Source: Scyliorhinus canicula
Lineage: Eukaryota
Assembly: GCF_902713615.1 (NCBI RefSeq)
Contig: NC_052149.1
Location: 15,294,260-15,358,259 of the forward strand
Reading direction: 5' to 3'
DNA length: 64,000 nt
Made by a program: the position numbers and the translations under genes. This document shows, one piece after another, positions 34,341-46,138 of this stretch. The number at the start of each line of letters is the position of its first letter. Within the stretch, counting starts at the first letter, position 1. The notes under the pieces are model-generated. The model had not been told where the DNA came from. It did no database searches and worked only from the letters and a program-made list of their open reading frames with translations.

Positions 34341-37300
34341 CTGGAACTTAGCTGAACAATTTTAACGATGGTTTTATACATAGAAAATACTGTGCAGAAG
34401 GAGGCCATTTGCCCCATCGAGTCTGCACCGACCCACTTAAGCCCTCACTTCCACCCTATCCCCGTAACCCAATAACCCCCCTAAACTTTTTGGTCACTAA
34501 GGGCAATTTATCATGGCCAATCCACCTAACCTGCACGTCTATAGGACTGTGGGAGCACCCGGGGGAAACCCACGCAGACACAGGGAGAACGCGCAGACTC
34601 CGCACAGACAGTGACCCAGCGGGTAATCGAACCTGGGACCCTGGCTCTGTGAAGGCATAGTGCTATCCACTTGTGCTACCGTGCTGCCAATAATAATAAT
34701 CGCTTATTGTCACAAGTAGGCTTCAATGAAGTTACTGTTAAAAGTCCCTAGTCGCCACATTCCGGCGCCTGTTCAGGGAGGCCGGTATAGGAATTGAACT
34801 CGCGCTGCTGGCCTTGTTCTGCATTACAAGACAGCTGTTTAGCCCAGTGTGCTGAACCAGCTCCACCAGTTTCACATTCCTGTGCCTGTGCCAACACCTC
34901 TAGAGTCCCACATGGAGTTATCCTTGATCTTCGCCTCTTCCTCATCGACACACAAGAAACAGGAGTGGGCCATATGGTCCTTCGAGCCTGCTCCGCTATT
35001 CTATATGATCATGACTGATCTTGGGCTCCAAATCCACTGTCCTGCCTGCTCCCCATATCCCTTAATTCCCTGAGACCGGAATTCTGTGCCCCAGCCTTAA
35101 AATGCATTCAAGGCTGCACCAATTACAACCTCCAGGGGTAGAGAATTCCAAAGATTCACACTCTTTTGAGTGAAGTAATTTCTCAACTCAGTCCTAAATG
35201 ATTGGGCCTTTACGCTGAGACTGGGCCCCCCCCCCCCCATGTTTCAGATTCCCCGATCAGCGAATACAATCTCTCAGTGTCGACCTTACCAAAGCCCCTG
35301 GGAATCCTAACCACACAGCTTTCAACAAGACCGCCTCTCATTCTTCTGAACTCCAGGGAATATAAGCCCACTGTACCTTTTGTCATTTTCCAGATTATAT
35401 TCTAATGACGTGAACCTCACCCTAAGCCGCCTACTCTGTCCTGTCACAGAGCTTGTTCAATATCCTCCACTGCATGGGCTGTCACTTCCTCTAGCTTAAA
35501 ATTGGAAAGACTGTGGCCATCGTCTTTCACTAATATCGCAAACGCTATCTACCACCGATTCCAATCTCTCCCCTGGAACTATTTATGGCTGAACCAGACT
35601 TTTTGCAACCTCAGGCGCCCTATTTGAAAGGAAGCTGGATTTCAAATTCCATATCCTCTCCAGCACAAAGGTTGCCAACATCCACCCCCACAGTATTGCC
35701 TGGTACTGCACCTGCATGGTAGCACAAGTGGTTAGCACTGTGGCTTCACAGCGCCAGGGTCCCAGGTTCGATTGCCGGCTTGGGTCACTGTCTGTGCGGA
35801 ATCTGCGTGATCTCCTCGTGTGTGCGTGGGTTTCCTCCGGGTGCTCTGGTTTCCTCCCACAAATCCCGAAAGACGTGCTGTTAGGTAATATGGATATTCT
35901 GAATTCTCCCTCTGTGTACCCGAACAGGCGCCAGAGTGTGGCGACTAGGAGTTTTTCACAGTAACTTCATTGCAGTGTTATTGTAAGCCTACTTGTGACA
36001 CTAATAAAGATTATTATTATTTCTTTACCATGACAACTCTGCCTTCATCACTTCTGCGCTGCTAATTCCGTGTGACCATTATTGCTCTCTCCTCGATTAC
36101 CTATTCTTGAGTGTCGGCATCTCACCTATTCTTACATGTTGACATGGTCTCTGCTTCAATCACTTGGCCTAGTAATGGCTTCCATTCTTCACAACTTTGT
36201 GTGAAAGTGTTTCTTCCTCTTCCATCCTAAATCCTTTCCATTTAATTTCCCATGAATTGAAATCCATCAGCACTCTTATGTAATCTGTTCATCCTGTCAC
36301 ACTTTTCAAATACCTCAAACAAATTCTAATCTCTTCAACCCTGATCAAAACAGCCCCAATTTATATTCCTTTATATTTCTTCGTATCCTCTTTATTGACT
36401 CAGCATCCCTCCAATAAGGGCAGCACGGTAGCATTGTGGTTAGCACAATTGCTTCACAGCTCCAGGGTCGCAGGTTCGATTCCCGGCTTGGGTCACTGTC
36501 TGCGTGGAGTCTGCACGTTCTGTGTATGCGTACGTTTCCTCCGGGTGCTCCGGTTTCCTCCCACAGTCCAAAGATGTGCAGGTTAGGTGGATTGGCCATG
36601 CTAAATTGCCCTTAGTGTCCAAAATTGCCCTTAGTGTTGGGTGGGGTACTGGGTTATGGGAAAAGGGTGGAGGTGTGGGCTTGGGTAGGATGCTCTTTCC
36701 AAGAGCTGGTGCAGACTCGATGGGCTGAATGGCCTCCTTCTGCACTGTAAGTTCTATGAAAAAATAGCAAGGAGCCCACATCTGTACACTGTATTACAAT
36801 TGTGCTTTACATTGAATCACATTTCAATTTTATATTGTATACCACTTGTCATAAATCAGAATGTGACCGTATTAATTTGAGGGCCGGGGTGCCTCTTGTA
36901 CATGAACCTGCTAATCCCCTGCTCTTCCACATCATTCAATCTTTTAAAAAGTCAAAATATACCACCTCGCACTTAATAACATTGGAATGCTATCCTTCAC
37001 ACTGTTGCTCATTCCAACAGGTTATAAAATATCCATCTTCAGCTTTCTTGAATCAGAATCTTTTTGTGATTCCTCTTCAACATTATCTGCAAATTCCAGC
37101 CGCACTCCGTCTCGCCTTCTACGTAAACCACTAATATGCAGGAGCAGTCCTGGATTCAAAACTGTACCGGCCTCCCCGAACAGGCACTGTGGCGACTAGG
37201 GGCTTTTCACAGTAACTTCATTGAAGCCTACTTGTTGACAATAAGCGATTATTATTATTAAAACCTGTGGACCCCTCTGTCTGCCCCCAATCGTTCTATT

Positions 37301-37775
37301 AACTGTCCTTAATTCCTAATTACCCCCTTGTGACAAGGCCTTGAATCCAATTTGTTACTTCTGTCCTAATTCCATACCCTTAAATAATTTTCTGCCTGGT
37401 ACTCTGTTAATAGCTTCCTAAAATCTATGCATACCACGTCATTGTCATATCAATTAGAATAATCAAATGACATGGTACAGAAGGAAGCCCCATAGCAAAT
37501 TTTGCCTTTGTTGGGTCTTAGGTGGGAAATACAATTAACCCCATGCCTCACCTCTTCACAATCCTGCAATTCTTTCTCCCCAACTTCAAATATTATCCAA
37601 TTTTCTTTTGCATTTTGCCATTGAATCTGTTTTTTGCTACCCTTTCAGGCAGTGATTGCCAAATCAAAACTTGTCCGTTAAAATAAAAGGTTTCCTCCTG
37701 CCATTTCGGATTCTTTTGCCAATGACTTCCTCTTTTGATTATTTTTATGAAGCTGTTACCATCATTTACACTTAC

Positions 37776-37880
37776 TTCCACAACAGAAGGCAACAACTTG
37801 GGTTTCTGAACATGTACACGAACAGCTGTAGATTCATCAGCATGGACATGGATTGGGGGTGAAGATGATCTTGACTTCAT
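37776..37880 (-). CDS. ODF2L: ODF2L-like first coding exon
   Basis: ttccttag|G ATG; MKSRSSSPPIHVHADESTAVRVHVQKPKLLPSVVE|GTAAGT resembles recalled ODF2 MKDRSSTPPLHVHVDENTPVHVHIKK. Confidence 0.85.
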
Positions 37881-39072
37881 CCTAAGGAAAGAAATAAATA
37901 AATGAGGAAAAATGTTTACTTTTTTTTGCTCAGACAGTTGCACAAACACCCAGAGAAACATAGAAAAAATTAGTAGAGAAGGAGGCCAATCATCCCATAA
38001 CCTGCCCCAGTATCTTCTCATTATCCCTTCAATTCTTTTCTCCAAGTACTTATCGGATTCCCCTCTGACAGGTATTATTGAATCAACAGGGGGCTGGTTA
38101 GCTCAGTTGCTAGATAGCCTCATTCAGAATGTGAGCAGTGTGGGTTCAAATCATGCAGGTTGACTTGGGACCTCTGCCTCCTTGTCTTGCCCCTGAGAGT
38201 GGACGGAACTACTGACAAAAGCAGCCAAGAAAACAGCTCGAGAAGAAGCTTCAACAGCCAAGGACCTGCCTTCAGGCAGTGCGTGGATGATGAATTGAAT
38301 CTACGCATTGCATAAAAGTATCATTCCTCACATTGCCTCTGCGTTTTTTGTCAATATCTTAAAAACTGGTTATGTTCAAATAATGTTTTTGAGTGCAGTA
38401 AAAATTTGTCGGATGCAGCAGGAATTTATATTAGAGAATTACTTTAGTGACCAAGAACTCGTCAGATATTGGAAAAAAGTGGATACAATCATTATACCCA
38501 CAGATACGATTAAAATCTCCATTGTCCAATTGTGTCATAACCACTTTCCAGTTAATGTAAACTGCAAGTATCCTCAAACACACACCTGGGGATCCTAGAA
38601 GAGATGTGGCTAACTGTTAAAGATCATTGTTTGTTTATTTTTAACCCAGGGACTCATTCTGTCCTCATTGAAGGACACAATTGTCGATCGCAAGTGCTGG
38701 CTGGGACAATAATTCAAAACCACTGCCTGGCCAGTTGGACTAATTAGCCTTATGTAAAGTGTTTTCAGGCTCGCTATACTGTATTGTGCAGCTCAATATC
38801 TCACCTTTACCATCACTTTGGAGAATAGTTTTGAGAATGAACCAGTTTTCACTCAATTTTTCAAAGCAATGCATAAAACAGTGGTATCTATTATTTACCA
38901 AAGTTACATTCCCATGGGGATCCATAAACCAAACCAACCAAATGTACCCAATGTCCACCCCCCACCCCCCCCCCCCCCCCCCCCCCCCGACCCCCCGCCT
39001 CGCAAATGAATATATTACCAGATAAGATTTTGCTGACAGTCAGCATCAATGTAGATTCAAATTAAACATAAA

Positions 39073-39891
39073 GGGTGGGATCTACCGACTGTGTTGCGCC
39101 CGAAATGCAGCACCACACAACGCAACCGTAGATACCAGGAGATCCACTTCCGGGAACTATCTAGCTCACCACGCCTCGTGAAATCCAACGCGATCTTGCA
39201 AGACGTGGTGGGCGGGATTCACTTTCGGCAATTCCGCATATTAGAATGAGACATATCCTGATACGTGTTCCCGAGATCTAACCAAAGTGTGGGAGGTAAT
39301 TCCCTCACCTCGGTGAACTCGGGCCAGCACCGTTCAGTGCTGGTCTCCACAAACAGGGACCAGATGCAACTGCACTCGTTGGGGTCTCCCAGGGGATTGG
39401 AGGCCCCCGGGTACATGCCCTCTGGGCAGAGTGGTACACTGGCACTGCTGGTGCCACCCGGGTACCCTGGCACTGCTAGCCTGGCACCCTTAGTGTCACC
39501 TGGGTGCCAGGCTGGCCCTGCCAAGGTGCCAAGCTGGCATTGTTTGCACAGCAGCGATCAGACTGGAGGGGGTGCCTTGCATGGGTCCCCCTTATACCGA
39601 ATTGGGGCTTAAGAGGGGGTTCAGGGGTTGCATCAGGGCCTCGGGAGATTGGGACGCCATTTAAAAATGTCTGTCCCGATCTCTCGCTGCACTGAGTTCT
39701 GTTGAGCGGAGCCCCTCAGTGCCGAAAATGGGGCTAAGTGCGATCTCATTGGAGAGGTTCCCCGCTGAGGCCCCCAATCTACTCGGATGGGCATTGGTTA
39801 GCGGGGTGTTTCTTGGCTCTCCGAGCGCTGGGAAACACTCGGCTAATCACGCGCGCTAAAAACTCTGTCCTCATTCGGGTAAATCTTGCCC
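39073..39891. mobile_element. Older Harbinger-like MITE
   Basis: Imperfect TIRs GGGTGGGATCTACC / GGTAAATCTTGCCC; AAA on both flanks; GC-rich with internal palindromes. Confidence 0.5.
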
Positions 39892-40503
39892 AAAGTAACA
39901 GACAGATCGCAGTAAGGACGAACTATATAATTCCACAAGGAATGGCAGATTCAACAGAGACTGGGTGCTCCGGTTTCCTCCCACAGTCCAAAGATGTGTA
40001 TGTTAGACGGATTGGCCGTGCTAAATTGCCCTTTAATGTCCAAAGGTGTGCAGGTTAGGTGAGATTACGGGTTTAAGGAGATAGGGTGGGGAAATGGGCC
40101 TAGGTAGGGTGCTCTTTCAGAGCGTCGGTGCAGACTCGACAGGCCTCATGGCCTCATTATGCACTGCAGGAATTCTACGGTTCTAACAACTGAACAGTAT
40201 CAGACCCCCATAGTTGCTTGGATACTGGACAGAAATCCCAATATTTTATTTAATTAATAGACTGTGAGGAAAGGATACTTCGCTCCAGGAAGATAGGGAT
40301 ATGGTATATCAAAACAAACGTCATTACTAACACAGTATTACTAACTCTAGTATCATAAAGAAAATAGCTTACAATTACCCATTTAAAAATGCTAAATAAT
40401 ACAATGAAACAACATTTTCTAACCGCTAGCTTTATCTCCACTCAAACAACACCCATCTCAGATCACAATCCATTTTTAAATAGTTAGCAGACCCAGGAAT
40501 ACT

Positions 40504-41227
40504 GGGCGAAATTCTCCGACCCCCACGATGGGTCGGAGAATAGCGGGAGGGCCTTCCCGATATTTTTCCCGCCCTCCCGCTATTCTCCCCCACCCCCCGC
40601 CCAACTCCCGACCCGAATCGCTGCCGCCGTTTTTTTACGGCCGGCAGCGATTCACAGCTGTTCGATGGGCCGAAGTCCCAGCCCTTTACGCCGTTTTTAC
40701 GAACGGCAAACACACCTGGTCTGGCCGTTCGTAAAAACGGCGTCACAAACTCGCTTTTCATAACCATGGCGCCGATTGGCACGGCAGTACCACGGCCGTG
40801 CCAAGGGTGCCATGGGCCCGCAATCGGTGGGCACCGATCGCGGGCAGCGGGCCCGATGCCCGCGCACTCTTTCTCCTTCCGCCGCCCCGCAGTATCCATT
40901 CGCGGGGCGGCTGAGGGGCAACCCGGCCCGCGCATGCGCGGGTTTCGCGCAAATACGCGATGACGTCATCCGCGCATGCGCGGGTTGGAGTCTTCCAATC
41001 CGCGCATGCGCGGCTGACGTCATATGACGCGTCAGCCGGCACTAACTCCGGCAAGCGGGCTTAACGATATTCGTTAAGCCCGTCATGCCGGAGCCTACGG
41101 CGTCGGGCTGCTAGCCCCGACCGGGGACCAGAATCGGTTCCCGGTCGGGAAGGGGCGCGCTGGCGTCAAACCCGCCCGGGTTTTACGCCAGCTTTACGAT
41201 TTCTCCCGTTTTGGGAGAATCGCGCCC
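40504..41227. mobile_element. PIF/Harbinger-like MITE, copy 2 (complete)
   Basis: TIRs GGGCGAAATTCTCC / GGAGAATCGCGCCC; 3-bp TSD ACT (40501-40503 / 41228-41230). Confidence 0.88.
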
Positions 41228-42687
41228 ACTTACTTTGTAGAGATGTCTTGGACACCTTGTTATGAGAGATATATTCTAAATGAGCCAGCTTGCGGGCTCT
41301 TGCCTCTCCCAAACAATCTAACCAGCCTTCCTTTGAGAAGCTGCTCCTGTGCTGTTCACATCCAAATCTTTAGCTCGCTGTTTTGAGAGAAATTGTTCCT
41401 GTTCACATCCTGAATGCACTCCTGTGCTGTAACTGGATGGATCAAAACCCACTGTTTTGAAACGCTGTTTGTCTGTCCACAGTCCAATCTTTAACTGAAC
41501 TGTTTTTCCAGAAACTGAAAACTCAACACTCAACTGCTGCAGCCCCTGGCTCCTCCCATTAACTGCATCACCTTACCAAACTAAGCACAATGTCTCAAAT
41601 CATCTACTCCCCAGGGAACATCTTTATATAAGCAAAATTCCATTAGTCCAACTTTTACTCTGCTATAATTGCACCTGTCTCTAAAAGGCCTAACTGCCTT
41701 GTTTTAAAAACATGACTGCAGCAGTCACACACACACTAACCCAGGCTTTTAAACGTCAGTTCACCAAATACATATAATCTGAAATGCTTACATTCATCAC
41801 AACAGTTACAGCACAGGAGTCCATTCAGCCTATCATGTCTGTGCCTGCTCTCTGCAAGAACTCCTCAGCTAGCCCCATTCCCCCCACCCCATCTTTTCCC
41901 TGAAGGCCAGCAACCTTTTCTCTTCAAACTATTGTCCAACTCATTTTTGAAAGCCACAATGGAATCTGCCTCTACCACAGTTTTGGGCTGCGCATTCCAG
42001 ATCCTAACCACTCGCTGCCTTTGTTTATTTGACTGCTAACCTTAAATCGCCATCCCTCTGTTTCTCCACCAAAGTCTAAGAGGAACAGTTTCTCCCTACT
42101 CTGTCCAGACCTCACGATTTTGAACACTTCTGGCAAATATCCTCTCGGGCTCCTCTTCTCGAAGGAGAACACAGCTTCTCCTGTACATCCACCTCCCTGC
42201 AACCGTTCGTATGAATCTTTTCCGCACTCTCTCCATTGCATTCACACCCTTCTTAAAGTGTGGTGCCCAGAATTGGAAACCAATACTCCAGTTGAGGCCA
42301 AAGCAGTGTTTTACTGAGATGTATCACTACATTACTCCACGTCTCTATTTTCAAAGGTCAGCATCCCTCTAGCCTTATTAACCTCTTTCTCAATCCATTC
42401 TGCCATTGTCAATGATTTGTGCATACATACTCCCCCAACCCCCGTCCCGAAGTCCCTCTGTTCCTGTTTCTCATTCTTTCCATCACATTACCCTGCATTC
42501 ATTTGATCTACCACACATCCTGCCATTCCAACAACCCACCTCTGTCCTTTTGGAATCTATCACATTGTTCTCGCAGTTCGCAATACCTCCCGAGTTTTGT
42601 CTCATCCACAAAGCTTTGGGCCTGAATTCCTCTGCACGAGGGTGGGCTGGGTCAACAAGAGCGGCAGTCTCCTCGGCCGGGAATTTT

Positions 42688-45600
42688 CCAGAGCACAGGA
42701 ATGCAAGATCGGCTAAGGGTCTGCTGATGGGCCCAGGATCAAAGAACTTCTCAGAACTCTGCATTTTGCCTCACCTCTATTCCCAATACAACACATGTCA
42801 CCCAAGATGACATTCTGGAGCATATAGTCACAGGCATATCCATTGGCTGTATCTGTGCCACAGAAAGAGCATTAAGATCCTAGATTCTTTTTCTATTTTT
42901 CCCTCAATTCTACTTTTTGGTTGTGATGTTGGCTTTGCAATGTAGCAACATTGGCTGTGGTATTACTGAAGTCATTCTCACTCTTTTTGTTTTGGTTATG
43001 TATAAACAAATGTATTTGAAGTGAATTTCCAAATGGAAAATAAAAATGTATTGATTATTAATTTTGAAAGCTTGCCCTGCACGCCCAAGTCAAGATCTTT
43101 TTCAAAAAAAACTTGTACAATAATAATGATCTTTATTACTGTCACAAGTCAGCTTACATTACACTGCAATGAAGTTACTGTGAAAAGCCCCAGGTCGCCT
43201 CACTCTGGCACCTGTTCAGGTACACTGAGGGAGAATTCAGAATGTCCAATTCGCCTAACAAGCACGTCTTTCGGGACTTGTGGGAGGAAACTGGAGCTCC
43301 CGGAGGAAGCCCACGCAGACACGGGGAGAACGTGCAGACTCCGCACAGACAGTGACCCAAGCTGGGACTCAAACCTGGGTCCCTAATGGATGTGGGCGTC
43401 GTTGGCTGGGTCAGCATTTGTTGCCATCCCTAATTGCCCTTGAACTGAGTGGCTTGCTTGACCATTTCAGAGGGGCAGTTATGAGTCCACCACATTGCCT
43501 GGGTGTGGAATCACATGTCGGGTAAGGACGGACCAGGTAAGGATGGCAGATTTCCGTCCCTGAGGGACACGAGTGAAGCAACCGTTTTTCATGACAATCA
43601 ACGATAGCTCCATGGAAACTATTAGCTATGCTAATTTTATATTCCAGGTTTATCAATTGAGAATTTAACTTCCACCAGGTGAGGCTTGAACCCTCGCCCC
43701 CAGCCCCCAAGAGCATTATCCAGAGCCTGTGGAATATTAGCCCAGTGACATTACCACTGCATCAACACCTAGGAAGGGTGCGATTGCACTTAAAGGGTGC
43801 AGAGGGGATTCAGCAGGTTGTTGCCTGGTCTGGAGCGTTTCACCTATGCAGAGCGGCTGGCTAAACTGAGATTGTTTTCCTTGGAACAAAAACAAACGGA
43901 TGACCTCCTTGAGGTGCTTAAAATTATGAGGGACATAGATAGGAAGGGACTTTTTCCCTTAGTGGAGGGGTCACCAACCAGAGGGCATTGATTTAAAGTA
44001 AGGGGCAGGAGGGGATTTGAGGAGAAGTTTTTTCACCCAGAGGGTGTTGGGAATCTGGAACTCGCTGCCTGAAAGGAAAGGGCCCTTACAACATTTAAGA
44101 AGCATTTAGACAAGCACTTGAAAAACACCATAGCATACAAGGTAACGGCAAAGTGCTGGAAAATGGGATTAGAGTTGATTGGTGCTTGATAGCCGGCATG
44201 GACACACAGGGCCTCCTTTTGTCCTGTAAAACTCAGTGATTATCTTCCTCAAATATATATAATAAATATTAAGAAAATTTGCCGTCCTATCGCAGCAACT
44301 CCTGGGGAATCTGTTGTATACCAACCAGTCTGGTAAACCAGTTCACCATTCCTCTGGAACCTGTCACTGGAACTCTTCCACCCAGCTGTGGTTTCAGAGC
44401 AGGGGTTTGACCCCAGTGTGGTTTCAGGGCAGGGGTTTGACCCCAGTGTGGTTTCAGGGCAGGGGTTTGACCCCAGTGTGGTTTCAGGGCAGGGGTTTGT
44501 CCCACTGTGGTTTCTGGGCAGGGTTTTGACCCCAGTGTGGTTTCAGAGCAGGGGTTTGACCCCAGTGGGGTTTCAGGGCAGGGGTTTGTCCCACTGTGGT
44601 TTCAGGGCAGGGGGTTGACCCCAGTGTGGTTTCAGGGCAGGGGTTTGTCCCCAGTGTGGTTTCTGGGCAGGTGTTTGACCCCAGTGTGGTTTCAGGGCAG
44701 GGGTTTGACCCCAGTGTGGTTTCAGGGCAGGGGGTTGACCCCACTGTGGTTTCTGGGCATGTGATTGACCCCAGTGTGGTTTCTGGGCAGGGGGATGTCC
44801 CCAGTGTGGTTTCAGAGCAGGGGTTTGACCCCAGTGTGGTTTCTGGGCAGGGGTTTGACCCCAGTGTGGTTTCAGGGCAGGGTTTGACCCCAGTGTGGTT
44901 TCAGAGCAGTGGTTTGACCCCAGCGTGGTTTCAGGGCAGGGGTTTGTCCCACTGTGGTTTCTGGGCAGGGGTTTGACCCCAGTGTGGTTTCTGGGCAGGG
45001 GTTTGACCCCAGTGTGGTTTCAGAGCAGGGGTTTGACCCCAGCGTGGTTTCAGGGCAGGGGTTTGTCCCACTGTGGTTTCTGGGCAGGGGTTTGGCCCAC
45101 TGTGGTTTCTGGGCAGGGGTTTGACCCTAGTGTGGTTTCTGGGCAGGGGTTTGATCCTAGTGTGGTTTCTGGGCAGGGGGTTGACCCCAGTGTGGTTTCT
45201 GGGCAGGGGTTTGACCCCAGTGTGGTTTCTGGGCAGGGGGATGTCCCCAGTGTGGTTTCTGGGCAGGGGTTGACCCCAGCGTGGTTTCTGGGCAGGGGGA
45301 TGTCCCCAGTGTGGTTTCTGGGCAGGGGTTGACCCCAGTGTGGTTTCTGGGCAGGGGTTGACCCCAGCGTGGTTTCTGGGCAGGGGGATGTCCCCAGTGT
45401 GGTTTCTGGGCAGGGGTTTGATCCCAGTGTGGTTTCTGGGCAGAGGTTTGATCCCAGTGTGGTTTCTGGGCAGGGGTTTGACCCCAGTGTGGTTTCTGGG
45501 CAGAGGTTTGATCCCAGTGTGGTTTCTGGGCAGGGGTTTGACCCCAGTGTGGTTTCTGGGCAGAGGTTTGACCCCAGTATGGTTTCTGGACAGGGGTTTG

Positions 45601-45815
45601 TCCCCAGTGTAGTTTCTGGGCAGGGGTTTGATCCCAGTGTGGTTTCAGGGCAGAGATTTGACCCCAGTGTGGTTTCAGAGCAGGGGTTTGACCCCAGTGT
45701 GGATTCTGGGCACAGCTTGACCCCAGTGTGGTTTCTGGGCAGGGGTTTGACCCCAGTGTGGTTTCAGGGCAGGGGTTTGACCCCAGTGTGGTTTCAGGGC
45801 AGGGGTTTGACCCCA
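42688..45815 (+). repeat. 3.1-kb direct duplication, copy 1
   Basis: Nearly identical to 46137-49264 (offset 3448-3449; about 4 differences seen by eye). Confidence 0.93.
44380..45815 (+). repeat. 30-bp G-rich minisatellite, about 48 units
   Basis: Unit CCCCAGTGTGGTTTC(A/T)GGGCAGGGGTTTGA. Confidence 0.95.
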
Positions 45816-46138
45816 TAGAACATAGAACAGTACAGCACAGAACAGGCCCTTCGGCCCTCAATGTTGTGCCGAACAATGATCACCCTACTTTAAACCCATG
45901 TAACCCGTAACCCAACAATCCCCCCATTAACCTTACACTACGGGCAATTTAGCATGGCCAATCCACCTAACCCGCACATCTTTGGACTGTGGGAGGAAAC
46001 CGGAGCACCCGGAGGAAACCCACGCACACAGGGGGAGGACGTGCAGACTCCACACAGACAGTGACCCAGCCGGGAATCGAACCTGGGACCCTGGAGCTGT
46101 GAAGCATTGATGCTAACCACCATGCTACCGTGAGGCCC
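45814..46138 (-). mobile_element. Full-length V-SINE with CR1-type (TTCTATG)n tail at the duplication junction
   Basis: Minus strand GGGCCTCACGGTAGCATGG...GGCCGAAGGGCCTGTTCTGTGCTGTACTGTTCTATGTTCTATG. Confidence 0.92.

Noticed and set aside
36418-36490. tRNA-like A/B-box sequences
   Set aside because: These are SINE heads continuing into the V domain, not tRNA genes.
36965-37135. Purine-rich minus-strand stretch resembling an extra ODF2L exon (RRRRDGVRLEFADNVEEESQKD)
   Set aside because: That frame hits a stop before a good donor, and exons 1 and 2 already join in phase.
41258-41804. Possible additional solo LTR (similar case at ~13635-13983)
   Set aside because: TG/CA-like ends but no matching TSD found, so not called.
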